DNA of 64,000 nt from an uncultured Bacillota bacterium. Lineage in GTDB: Bacteria > Bacillota_I > Bacilli_A > RFN20 > CAG-288. This document shows, in pieces, positions 8,312-17,099 of the stretch; position 1 is the first letter of the stretch; every line of letters begins with the position of its first letter. The stretch lies in contig CASESG010000004.1 of the NCBI GenBank assembly GCA_949290645.1, positions 74,821-138,820 on the forward strand, in the 5' to 3' direction. The position numbers and the translations under genes are program-made. The notes below the pieces were generated by a model. That model had not been told where the DNA came from. It made no database searches and saw only the letters and a list, made by a program, of their open reading frames with translations.

Positions 8312-10054
8312 ATGAAGTACAAACTCCTCTCGCTTCTCTCTCTTCTGACCCTCCTTTCCGTTTCGGCCTGTGGCGAGACCTCCTCGACACCGACCTCTTC
8401 CACTCCTCCCTCCTCGACGACTTCCACGGGAGACGAGACTTCGACCGCAAAGCCCGATCCCGAACCAAAACCGGCATCCAACGCCACCTACTTCAACTCC
8501 GCTTCCATCAAGGCCGCCGACCCCAACATCCTCTACGATTCTGCGACCGGTTACTACTACGCTTACACGACTGATGGAGCACAAAGCGGCTATCGCTTCG
8601 GAATCTACAAGTCTCCCGACCTGGTGACTTGGGTCCGTGCCAGCGACGGCGCGATCCCCTCCGACGATCCCAACCAGTGGGGAGACGACTGGTTCTGGGC
8701 TCCGGAATGCTATCACAACGAAGAGACCGGAAAGTACTTCCTCTTCTATGCGGCCCGCATGAAGGATGGGGAAAAGGTCGTCGAGCACTTCGAGTTTGCC
8801 GACTTCGAAGAAGCCTGCAAAGTCGGTGTTGCCGTCAGCGACAGTCCGGCCGGCCCGTTCCTGAACATCGCCAACGAGCCGATCGAATACTACCCCTATG
8901 ATCCGGACTATCACGATGTCAACCAGATCATGGAGGACCAGATGGTGCCTCCCGCGACCAAGGAAGAAGGAGAGACGGCTCCTCTTGGCGTCTACCTCCC
9001 CTTCATCGATCCCAACGTCTTCTTCGACGGAGACAAGACCTACCTCTACTTCTCCAGAAACGCCTATCGCAACTGGGTCTGGGATGACGACCTCGGAAAG
9101 TACATCGAGGAATCCAACATCTATGTCGTCGAGCTCGATCGCGACTGGTGGGACGATCCGACGGGAACGACCATGCCACATATCGCCGAGAGCTATGTCG
9201 ATAGCAACGACAGGGAGAACAGCCCTCGCCGCAGAGACGGCTTTGTCCCGGTCATCAACTACGGAAACGACAAGCAGGAATGGGAAAATGCCCACGTCGA
9301 CGACTATGTGACCTATAACGGCGGAAAGAAGAACCGCCGCTGGTCGGAAGGAAGCACGACCTTCAAGAAGACCGTCAACGGAAAGGACGTCTACTACATC
9401 GTCTACTCTTGCAACAACTACGAGAACGAGCACTATGGTGTCGGCTATGCGACTTCAAACAGCCCCACCGGGCCCTTCAAGAAATACGAAAACAACCCCA
9501 TCATCCACGAGATTCCAGAAGAGAACATGTATTCGACCGGACACGGAAGCTTCATCACCACGCCCGAGAACGAGACCTACTACGTCTATCACGGAAGAAA
9601 CTCCACCACCGCCGGAAGAACGATGTTCACCTCCAAGGTGACGATGGACGACAAGACCGTCGACAAGGACGGATACCCCGTCATCCAAGTCGACGAGACG
9701 ACCGAAGACCGTCCTGTTCCGACCGGAACCGAGGCGACGAAAATCTCCCTTAGCAAGGAGACCCTCAACCTGACGCAGAACAAGCAAGAGGATCTCTATG
9801 TCACCGTCCACAACGATCAGGGCGCCCTCATGCCGCTTGAGAACAACAGCAACAAGGTCGTCTTCACCGCCTCCGATGGATTGACCGTCACCGCCGACGA
9901 GAACAACAAGTATCACTTCACCGTCCAGGGCGAGAAGGCCGGAACCTACACCATCACCTTCGAATACCAGCGCATCAAGAAAGACGGCACCTTCTACGCC
10001 GTCACCCATAAGGGCAATCCGCTCTCGATCACGCTGGACGTCACGATCGCCTAA
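8312..10054 (+). CDS. Glycoside hydrolase family 43 lipoprotein with C-terminal Ig-like domain
   Basis: Start moved to ATG 8312 (MKYKLLSLLSLLTLLSVSAC lipobox). S/T/P-rich tether. GH43-like blocks (WAPECYHNEETGKYFLFYAA, DPNVFFDGDKTYLYFS, GHGSF). Beta-sandwich tail. Confidence 0.85.
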   Translation: MKYKLLSLLSLLTLLSVSACGETSSTPTSSTPPSSTTSTGDETSTAKPDPEPKPASNATYFNSASIKAADPNILYDSATGYYYAYTTDGAQSGYRFGIYKSPDLVTWVRASDGAIPSDDPNQWGDDWFWAPECYHNEETGKYFLFYAARMKDGEKVVEHFEFADFEEACKVGVAVSDSPAGPFLNIANEPIEYYPYDPDYHDVNQIMEDQMVPPATKEEGETAPLGVYLPFIDPNVFFDGDKTYLYFSRNAYRNWVWDDDLGKYIEESNIYVVELDRDWWDDPTGTTMPHIAESYVDSNDRENSPRRRDGFVPVINYGNDKQEWENAHVDDYVTYNGGKKNRRWSEGSTTFKKTVNGKDVYYIVYSCNNYENEHYGVGYATSNSPTGPFKKYENNPIIHEIPEENMYSTGHGSFITTPENETYYVYHGRNSTTAGRTMFTSKVTMDDKTVDKDGYPVIQVDETTEDRPVPTGTEATKISLSKETLNLTQNKQEDLYVTVHNDQGALMPLENNSNKVVFTASDGLTVTADENNKYHFTVQGEKAGTYTITFEYQRIKKDGTFYAVTHKGNPLSITLDVTIA

Positions 10055-10075
10055 ATCATTCTCCGACAAAGAAAG

Positions 10076-10102
10076 TCGGCCTTGCCCAGCAAGGCCGATT
10101 TT
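10076..10102. terminator. Bidirectional intrinsic terminator between convergent genes
   Basis: TCGGCCTTG-CCCAG-CAAGGCCGA (9-bp perfect stem) followed by TTTT. An A-rich tract precedes it, which suits the opposite strand. Confidence 0.7.
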
Positions 10103-11085
10103 CATTGCACCTCGTGATCGACACCCGAGACCGGGCGATAGCGAGGATCTTCAAGTCCCATCCCCTCCTTCTTCGTCTCCTTGGAGAGACGATATTCATC
10201 CTTGTCGAGATAGATCGTGACATCCTCCAGGCTCACGCAATAGGTGTTGCACACATAGTCGTGAAGACTTTGGTGGCTCTTGGAGAGAAGAAGCATTCCG
10301 ACGGAGACAAAAAGCGGAAGAAGGAAGGAACAGAGAGAGAGGACGACCTCGACGAAGAAGAGAAAGAGGAAGCGAAGGATCACCTTCTTTGTCGAAAGAG
10401 CCAAGCCATCCGCTCCCAGAAGTCCGATTCGGGTCAACTTCATCCCGAGGGTCTGCCTTGTCCTCTTGAAGAGCAGAGGGAAAAGAAGGAAGAAGAGCGG
10501 AAAAGGAAGAAGGAAAGTGAGGACGATACCGATCGCATAGGAGAGAATGGTCGTCCTTGTCGCCTGAAGATAGTCCTTGTTCTTCTGGAGATAGCCTCGT
10601 GCGACGAGGAAGGATTCCTCGTAAAAATCGTAATATTCCTGATCGTAGTCGTCATTGAGGAGGATTCTCTCTCCGTCTTCAAACATCTTCTTTTCGTCCA
10701 GGGAACAGGCTTCTTCCTTATCCTCTGGATAAATCAAAGGATCTCCTTCTGGAAAGAAGGTCTCCATCTGATAGAAAGAAGTAAGACATTGGTCCAGAAG
10801 GAGGGACTTCTCGTCCAAATCCAGGTCTTCTTCCTCAAGAGAGTCTGTCAGAAGAATGGTATCCCCCTCTTTCTGGACATAGAGCCCGGAATTCAATCCG
10901 AGCTCTTCCCTCGTCTCCTTCGCATCCCGAACGAAAGAGAAGGAGGAGAGAAGAGGAAAGGTCCCCAGAAGCAAGAGGAAGAACAGGGCAAAGCAGCAGA
11001 AGGCATCGAAAAGCAGGGCCGAGAGTCTCCTGGTGCTCTTGGCTCTTTCATAATAGAGCTCCTGGATCTCACTTTCCTTTTTCAT
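10102..11085 (-). CDS. Split RDD-like membrane protein with a ~150-aa acidic insert
   Basis: N-terminal RRLSALLFDAFCCFALFF plus TM. C-terminal TM bundle with RTRQTLGMKLTRIGLLGADG and SLHDYVCNTY, resembling RDD-family motifs (from memory). Overlaps the upstream paralogue by 17 nt. Confidence 0.6.
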   Translation of the reverse strand: MKKESEIQELYYERAKSTRRLSALLFDAFCCFALFFLLLLGTFPLLSSFSFVRDAKETREELGLNSGLYVQKEGDTILLTDSLEEEDLDLDEKSLLLDQCLTSFYQMETFFPEGDPLIYPEDKEEACSLDEKKMFEDGERILLNDDYDQEYYDFYEESFLVARGYLQKNKDYLQATRTTILSYAIGIVLTFLLPFPLFFLLFPLLFKRTRQTLGMKLTRIGLLGADGLALSTKKVILRFLFLFFVEVVLSLCSFLLPLFVSVGMLLLSKSHQSLHDYVCNTYCVSLEDVTIYLDKDEYRLSKETKKEGMGLEDPRYRPVSGVDHEVQ

Positions 11086-12205
11086 CTTCCACCACCCAAG
11101 TCGACGTGTCCCGAAGGACCGTCAGAGAAAGAAATTGAGTCAAGGTCTGATGGATGTCCTTCCTCTTCCACAGATCGAACAGGGAAGAGAGAAGAAGATA
11201 GACCAAGGAGAGAATCATAAGAAGGAAGAGATTGACAAATCCCAGAAGAGAAACGTGCAGAAAGAGAACGCCTTCCGCTCCGAAGAGGACCAGACAGGAG
11301 AGGAAGGGAAGGAAAGCGGAAGAAAGCAGGGAAAGGAGATAGAAGAGAACGGCATTGAGGGGACCATACCTTCTCCCGCTGACATCGACCTGCGCCAGAT
11401 GGAGGAAGAGGAAGGACAGGGTCCTCCCTTCCTTGAGAATAAGAGGAAGAAGGAGATAGAGAACCAAGGTCGCAAGAAGGAAGGAGAGAAGAAGGCCGTT
11501 TCCTCGATAGGAGAGGATCTTGTCCCTCTCTTCATCAAACAATCCGATCTCTGTCCGATAATGTTGGTAATTTTCGATCAAGTCCTGCTGTGCGTCCGAT
11601 ATCAATTTCGTATAGGTCGAGAGAGCCTCGTCATAATCCTCCTTGTTCGAAAGCAGGCCGTGGACGACATAGGAATTGATTTTCTCCGCCCATTCCTTCT
11701 TCAATCCAAGCCACCCTTCTTCCCTCTCCTCGAACATTCCGGTCTGAAGAAGGATCTCCTCATAATCGGTCTCGTCCGAAAGGAAGGAATCCTTCTCTTC
11801 CCTCTTGAAGGTGACGTAATAGCCATAGAGAGGATCGTTTTCTCGACTCAGGGGCTCGACATCCTGATATTTCTCGGAGATCTCGGCCGGATTGCGGAAG
11901 AGAAGGAGGGCTTCCAAAGTCGCGCTCTTGAGAGTCCTTTCCGCAACTTCCTCTTCCGAGAGCAGAACCCCGTTCTCCCGGATTCCCAGATGAGAGGACT
12001 CGACGACCTGATAGAGATTCTCCTGGTAGAGACTCGCTTTCTCCTGACTCTGGACATAGGAAGGAAGATGGGAGATCACGACATCCGACACGGCAAAGAA
12101 GACCATCGTCAGGACGAAGGTCAAAAGCAGGTCGAGGAAGGCGGAGAGGAACTTCTTGCCTCTAGGGCAAATCGTTCCCTTCCGATAGGGACTCTCTCTG
12201 TTCAC
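11069..12205 (-). CDS. Split RDD-like membrane protein, divergent paralogue of 10102..11085
   Basis: GTG start overlapping the upstream stop (GTGA). GKKFLSAFLDLLLTFVL plus TM, a ~200-aa soluble insert, then a 4-5 TM bundle (KEGRTLSFLFLHLAQVDVSGRRYG). Same architecture as its neighbour. Confidence 0.55.
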   Translation of the reverse strand: MNRESPYRKGTICPRGKKFLSAFLDLLLTFVLTMVFFAVSDVVISHLPSYVQSQEKASLYQENLYQVVESSHLGIRENGVLLSEEEVAERTLKSATLEALLLFRNPAEISEKYQDVEPLSRENDPLYGYYVTFKREEKDSFLSDETDYEEILLQTGMFEEREEGWLGLKKEWAEKINSYVVHGLLSNKEDYDEALSTYTKLISDAQQDLIENYQHYRTEIGLFDEERDKILSYRGNGLLLSFLLATLVLYLLLPLILKEGRTLSFLFLHLAQVDVSGRRYGPLNAVLFYLLSLLSSAFLPFLSCLVLFGAEGVLFLHVSLLGFVNLFLLMILSLVYLLLSSLFDLWKRKDIHQTLTQFLSLTVLRDTSTWVVEDEKGK

Positions 12206-12606
12206 TTCCTTTTCTTCAAAAGGCTCCGGAAATAGCGTTCCCGAAAAAGAGAAGGAAGAAGGAGGACAGAAGCATCGATCAGGAAGAAGAGGGAACCGGC
12301 GAAGAAGAGGACACAGAAGACGAACTCGACCGAATCAGGAGTGAAGACCCGGTGGCGCAGGTTGTAGCGGAAGGAGAGGACGAAGAAGACTGTGGCCAAG
12401 ATCAAAAGGACCGTCCCGATGACATAGAAGGCATAGGAGCGGTTGCGAAGGACGCGGTCTTTCGTCGTCTTCTCGTAGCAGAGTCTCTTGTATTCGTGGA
12501 TGTCCAATTCTTTGATCTTCTCTTCCGCATTGTCGAAATGGCAGGAAGGACACAGGGTCTCTTCCTTCCTCAGGCGCTTTCCGCAGCTCAGACAATAGCG
12601 ATTCAT
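12202..12606 (-). CDS. Zinc-ribbon membrane protein (CxxC..CxxC plus 2 TM)
   Basis: Start moved to ATG 12606 (MNRYCLSCGKRLRKEETLCPSCHF). Two predicted TM helices follow. First gene of the three-gene unit. Confidence 0.6.
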   Translation of the reverse strand: MNRYCLSCGKRLRKEETLCPSCHFDNAEEKIKELDIHEYKRLCYEKTTKDRVLRNRSYAFYVIGTVLLILATVFFVLSFRYNLRHRVFTPDSVEFVFCVLFFAGSLFFLIDASVLLLPSLFRERYFRSLLKKRK

Positions 12607-12671
12607 GACAGGAATATTGTAACAAAATCCGAACCCCTTGGAAGGCCATTCCAAAAGCCCACTTTGGGCTG

Positions 12672-12680
12672 TGGTAGAAT
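12672..12680 (+). promoter_or_regulatory. Candidate extended -10 promoter for the S41 peptidase/uvrB unit
   Basis: TGgTAGAAT located 30 nt upstream of ATG 12710. No convincing -35. Confidence 0.35.
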
Positions 12681-12709
12681 GAAAGGTGTTTCCTCAAGGA
12701 GGCAAGCCT

Positions 12710-14200
12710 ATGGATAACAAGAAATCGCTCAAGTCCGTCCTTCTTCTCTCGCTCTCTGCCGTCTCCCTCCTCCTCGTCGGAGGAGTCGGAGGATATTTCC
12801 TCTCGAAAAGCATCAACGGGCTGGACGAAGACGAACAGAAACTGATCGAAGAATATCGAATCCTCAAGGACGACTGGCTCTTTGCCGACGACAGCGATTC
12901 CCTCATCGACTATGCCCTCTCCGGCTTGGCCAGCGGCTTCAGCGAAAGCGGAAACGATCCCTATACCTTCTATACTCCGACCCTGGAAGACCAGAACCTC
13001 TCCGTCAGCCACCTCGGCTTTGGCATCACGACCCATGCCTATGACGGCGGATTCTATGTCACCGAAGTCCATGACGGCCCGGCCAAGGGCTTCCTTCAAG
13101 TCGGAGACGTCCTCTATGGCGTCCAGAGAGGAAACGAGGAATATCGCTTCTTCCCGGACCATAGCATCGAGGAGAACACCAGCTATCTCTCCGACAGCGC
13201 CTATCTGACCTCACCCTATCTCTTCACCTATGTCCGAGACGGAGAGGAGAAGACCGTGACCTTGAGAAAGTCCAACTTCGAGGAGGAGATCGTCCAGGTT
13301 CTGGAAGAGCCAAGCCCGGAGAACAACAGAACCCTGGCAATAAGGATCAGCACCTTCCTGGGAGAGCCCTCCGCCGCCTTGGACAAGCTGCTGGAAAGAT
13401 ATTCCTCCCAAGAGATCGATTGCCTTGTCCTCGATCTGAGGGGAAACACGGGAGGCTATGTCGACGAGTGCGAGAAGATGGCAAAGCTCTTCGTCCGCAA
13501 GGGACAGCTGATCGACCAGCTCATCGACAGGGACGGGAAAGTCCTCCACGAATGCAAACAGGAGAGCAATCCGAAATACTCCTTCCCGGAATACAAGCTG
13601 ATCATTGACTCCAACAGCGCCTCCGCCAGCGAGACCTTCGCCCTGGCCATGAGAGCGGGAACAAACTCGACCCTCTATGGCCTTCCCTCCTATGGAAAAG
13701 GAATCGCCCAGAACGTCCGCACCTACAGCGACGGCTCGACCCTCCGCTACACCTATGCCTATGTCTATGGACCCGAGAAGGAAGACGAGTGGATGTATGG
13801 CGAGGGAGAGGATGACGACGACATCCTCTGCATCCACGGCAAAGGAATCCAGCCGGATGTCCTTTTCGACACCGACTATCTCTGGCTCTCCAACACGCCT
13901 CGCCTTTCTTCCTCCCTCAGCGTCTCCCTTGCCAACCAGAATCATCTTCTGAACCTTCTCAATCTTCTTCCCCTCGAGAGCGAGATTCCTTCTTCCTACA
14001 ACGCAGACTATCATTTCCATGACGCTCTCTTGGACTTTTCAATCTATATCAAAAACAAATATCAATACGATACATCCTTGAATCTCTATCAAGAAAATGG
14101 CTGTGTCTCTCTCCCCTTGGAGAACAAGGTCAGCAAGGAGAGCTACGATCTCTATCTTCAATATTACGAAAAGCTTCTGAAGGAGGTTCTCGATGACTGA
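12710..14200 (+). CDS. S41 family C-terminal processing peptidase (membrane-anchored, PDZ-containing)
   Basis: Start moved to ATG 12710 (AAGGAGG RBS). N-terminal TM. LDLRGNTGGY and DSNSASASE blocks are characteristic of S41/Ctp peptidases. Confidence 0.85.
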   Translation: MDNKKSLKSVLLLSLSAVSLLLVGGVGGYFLSKSINGLDEDEQKLIEEYRILKDDWLFADDSDSLIDYALSGLASGFSESGNDPYTFYTPTLEDQNLSVSHLGFGITTHAYDGGFYVTEVHDGPAKGFLQVGDVLYGVQRGNEEYRFFPDHSIEENTSYLSDSAYLTSPYLFTYVRDGEEKTVTLRKSNFEEEIVQVLEEPSPENNRTLAIRISTFLGEPSAALDKLLERYSSQEIDCLVLDLRGNTGGYVDECEKMAKLFVRKGQLIDQLIDRDGKVLHECKQESNPKYSFPEYKLIIDSNSASASETFALAMRAGTNSTLYGLPSYGKGIAQNVRTYSDGSTLRYTYAYVYGPEKEDEWMYGEGEDDDDILCIHGKGIQPDVLFDTDYLWLSNTPRLSSSLSVSLANQNHLLNLLNLLPLESEIPSSYNADYHFHDALLDFSIYIKNKYQYDTSLNLYQENGCVSLPLENKVSKESYDLYLQYYEKLLKEVLDD

Positions 14201-16178
14201 CAAGGAACATCCTTTCGAGCTTGTCTCTCCCTACAAGCCAACCGGAGACCAGCCCCAGGCGATCGAGAAGCTCTCCCAAGGCCTTGATCAAGGAAAGAGA
14301 TGGCAAGTCCTTCTGGGAGCGACCGGAACGGGAAAGACCTTCACGATGGCCAACATCATCCAACACGCCCAGAGGACGACGATGGTCCTTGTCCACAACA
14401 AGACCTTGGCCGCCCAGCTCTACGGAGAGTTCAAGGAGCTCTTCCCCCACAATCGAGTCGAGTACTTCATCTCCAACTTCGACTTCTACCAGCCCGAAGC
14501 CTACATCCCCAAGACCGACACCTACATCGACAAGGAAGTCGTCATGAACGACGAGATCGAGATGATGCGCGCCAGCGCCGTCAACTCCCTCTTGGAGAGA
14601 AAGGACACGATTGTCGTCTGCTCCGTCGCCTCCATCTATGGATTGAGCGATCCGGACGAATATCGAGACCTCGCTTTCACCCTCCATGTCGGAGAGACGA
14701 TCGACCTCCAGCAAGTCTCCAGGAAACTGGTCACGGCCCAGTACAAGAGAAACAACATGGAACTCGGCCCCGGGACTTTCCGCGTCCGCGGAGAAATCCT
14801 GGAGATCTATCCCCCTTCGGGAGACAACTTCTTCCTTCGTATCTACACCGACTTCGACGAGATCAGCGAGATCGACCAGATCAATCCCGTCACGGGAGAA
14901 GTGCTCCACACCCTGGATTACTTCCCAATCTTCCCGGCCCACGAGCACGCCTCCGGACTCTCGAGAATCCAGAGGGCCTGCAAGACCATCGAGGAGGAGC
15001 TCCACGAGAGACTGGCCTACTTCGACAACCAGGGAAAGTATCTCGAATCCGAACGCTTGAAGATGCGAACCGAGCACGACCTCGACTCCCTGAGGGAATT
15101 CGGAATGTGCCCCGGAATCGAGAACTACGCCCGCCACTTCGACGGACGAAAGGAAGGAGAGACTCCCTATACCCTTCTGGATTACTTCCCCAAGGACTTC
15201 CTCCTCTTCATCGACGAGAGCCATGTCACCATCCCCCAGATCGGAGGGATGTACAACGGAGACCGCTCGAGAAAGCAGACCTTGGTCGACTATGGCTTCC
15301 GCCTTCCTTCCGCCTTGGACAACAGGCCTCTTCGCTTCGAGGAGTTCGAGAAGAAGATCAACAACGTCATCTGCACGTCCGCGACACCCGGGGACTACGA
15401 GCTCTCCAAGATCGACGGAAAGCCCGTCGAGCAGATCATTAGACCCACGGGCCTACTCGACCCGATCATCGAGGTCCGCTCCAACAGCAACAACCCCATC
15501 TACGACCTGATGGAAGAGATCAAGAAGAGAATCGAGAGGGACGAGAGAGTCCTGGTCGTCACCCTAACGGTCAAGGATGCCGAGAACCTCACGGATTTCC
15601 TGAAGGAACACGATTTCAAGGTCGCCTACCTCCAGCACGAGATCCTAACCCTGCAGAGAACCGAAATCATCTACAAGTTGAGAAAAGGAATCTATCAGGT
15701 CGTCGTCGGAATCAACCTCCTGAGGGAAGGACTTGACATCCCGGAGGTCTCCCTCATCGCTATCCTGGATGCCGACAGGGAAGGCTTCCTCCGCTCGACC
15801 CGCTCCCTGACACAGATCGTCGGAAGAGCGGCCAGAAACGCCAACGGGAAGGTCATCATGTACTGCGACAAGATCTCCGATGCCATGCAGGCGACCATCG
15901 AAGAGACCAAGCGAAGAAGATCCATTCAGGAACAATACAACAAGGAACACGGCATCGTCCCCAAGACCATCGTCAAGCCCATCCAGCAACCCATCAAGAT
16001 GATCGACGACGAGAGCAAGACCAGGAAGAACAGCGAAGGCAAGATGACCCGCAAGGAGATGGAGCGCCAGATCAAGGAATGGACGAAGGAGATGAACCAA
16101 GCCAGCAAGGAACTCGACTTCGAAAGGGCCGCCCAGCTGAGGGATGCCATCCTCGAATTGAAGGCAAAGCTTGCCTAA
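14193..16178 (+). CDS. uvrB: Excinuclease ABC subunit B
   Basis: 661 aa. GATGTGKTF Walker A, helicase motifs, and a C-terminal UVR domain (ELDFERAAQLRDAILELK). Start overlaps the peptidase stop. Confidence 0.97.
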   Translation: MTDKEHPFELVSPYKPTGDQPQAIEKLSQGLDQGKRWQVLLGATGTGKTFTMANIIQHAQRTTMVLVHNKTLAAQLYGEFKELFPHNRVEYFISNFDFYQPEAYIPKTDTYIDKEVVMNDEIEMMRASAVNSLLERKDTIVVCSVASIYGLSDPDEYRDLAFTLHVGETIDLQQVSRKLVTAQYKRNNMELGPGTFRVRGEILEIYPPSGDNFFLRIYTDFDEISEIDQINPVTGEVLHTLDYFPIFPAHEHASGLSRIQRACKTIEEELHERLAYFDNQGKYLESERLKMRTEHDLDSLREFGMCPGIENYARHFDGRKEGETPYTLLDYFPKDFLLFIDESHVTIPQIGGMYNGDRSRKQTLVDYGFRLPSALDNRPLRFEEFEKKINNVICTSATPGDYELSKIDGKPVEQIIRPTGLLDPIIEVRSNSNNPIYDLMEEIKKRIERDERVLVVTLTVKDAENLTDFLKEHDFKVAYLQHEILTLQRTEIIYKLRKGIYQVVVGINLLREGLDIPEVSLIAILDADREGFLRSTRSLTQIVGRAARNANGKVIMYCDKISDAMQATIEETKRRRSIQEQYNKEHGIVPKTIVKPIQQPIKMIDDESKTRKNSEGKMTRKEMERQIKEWTKEMNQASKELDFERAAQLRDAILELKAKLA

Positions 16179-16230
16179 AGGAAGACATGCGAAAAAAATC
16201 CAAACGGATTTCGTTCGATCGTCTCTTTCC

Positions 16231-16494
16231 TTACATCATCCGCACATTGAAATCGTCCAGATCCAATTCCTCGCCGTGGGCCTTCAGTTCCCCAGCCGCG
16301 GCTTTCAGCCTCTCATAGGCTTCCTTCGCCTTTTCGTCGTCCTTGTTTTTGGCGGCGCTTCCCATCATCAAGAAGAAAGAAAGACCCATCAAAAGCTCCT
16401 GGACGTCCTCCTTGGACTTCAACGGAGTGAATGTCTTTCCCTCGTAGAGAGATTTCAGGACCTGAATGCATTCCTCGCCGACTTTGTGGCTCAT
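16231..16494 (-). CDS. Hypothetical small protein (87 aa)
   Basis: ATG with a GAGG 6 nt upstream. Convergent with uvrB. No recognisable family, so coding status is uncertain. Confidence 0.35.
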   Translation of the reverse strand: MSHKVGEECIQVLKSLYEGKTFTPLKSKEDVQELLMGLSFFLMMGSAAKNKDDEKAKEAYERLKAAAGELKAHGEELDLDDFNVRMM

Positions 16495-16814
16495 GTTCTA
16501 CCTCGCATCTTTTCCCTATTTCAACAGATGCCGAAAGGATTGTCAATCTCGTTTCTTCCATTACAAGAAACAAGAACGAATTCCGTCCAAAAAGCCCCTT
16601 CCCATCCACCACCTGCCTATTTGGTCCAACAATAAGGGTTCACTACACTTGGTGAGGCCGGTCGAGAAAGAAGTAAAGATTATTCACGAAGATGCCTTCG
16701 CCCCTCGCCTCGAGAGACATTTGTTCTCGCTCCCTTAAAGAAAGGAGGATCTTTCTGAAATTGTCTCAAGGAATCAATCCATGGAGCATGCATCTGCTTC
16801 GTCATCAGGGCTCG

Positions 16815-16920
16815 TTTCAACGCCGACAACCCCATCTACGACCTGACGGAAGAAATCAAAAGAGAACTTCGCGGGCTTCCCAAAGGAACAACACGATCAC
16901 CCGGAGGTCTCCCTCATCGA
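16815..16920 (+). pseudogene. Internally deleted relic of uvrB
   Basis: CAACCCCATCTACGACCTGA (16827-16846) is identical to uvrB 15491-15510. TTCCcaAAGGAACAacACGAT resembles uvrB ~15597-15615. CCCGGAGGTCTCCCTCATCG (16900-16919) is identical to uvrB 15740-15759. The segments are colinear with large internal deletions. Confidence 0.7.
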
Positions 16921-17047
16921 CGGGAGCGAAAAGCGCGACGGCAACAGACATTCTTCTTTCGGTTTTCTCGACATTTCTTCTTGATGACATGGTTCGACGA
17001 ACATCTCCTTTGCCTCTTTTATCCTCTCTTCCTCAAGACAAAACCAG

Positions 17048-17079
17048 AAAAAAGGACTGCCGATAAACCCCGGCAGTCC
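17048..17079 (-). terminator. Intrinsic terminator of the GH2/lipoprotein operon
   Basis: Minus strand reads GGACTGCCG-GGGTTTAT-CGGCAGTCC (9-bp perfect stem) followed by TTTTTTCTGG. Confidence 0.75.
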
Positions 17080-17099
17080 AATTTCGTCTTGGAATGAAC

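Noticed and set aside
16185-16215. Hairpin AAATCC-AAAC-GGATTT between uvrB and the convergent small ORF, considered as a terminator
   Set aside because: The perfect stem is only 6 bp and AT-rich, with mismatched extensions and no clear T tract. Too weak to annotate.
16692-17066. 124-aa ORF spanning the uvrB relic
   Set aside because: It reads the relic out of the uvrB frame, has no RBS and runs into the terminator. Better interpreted as noncoding debris.
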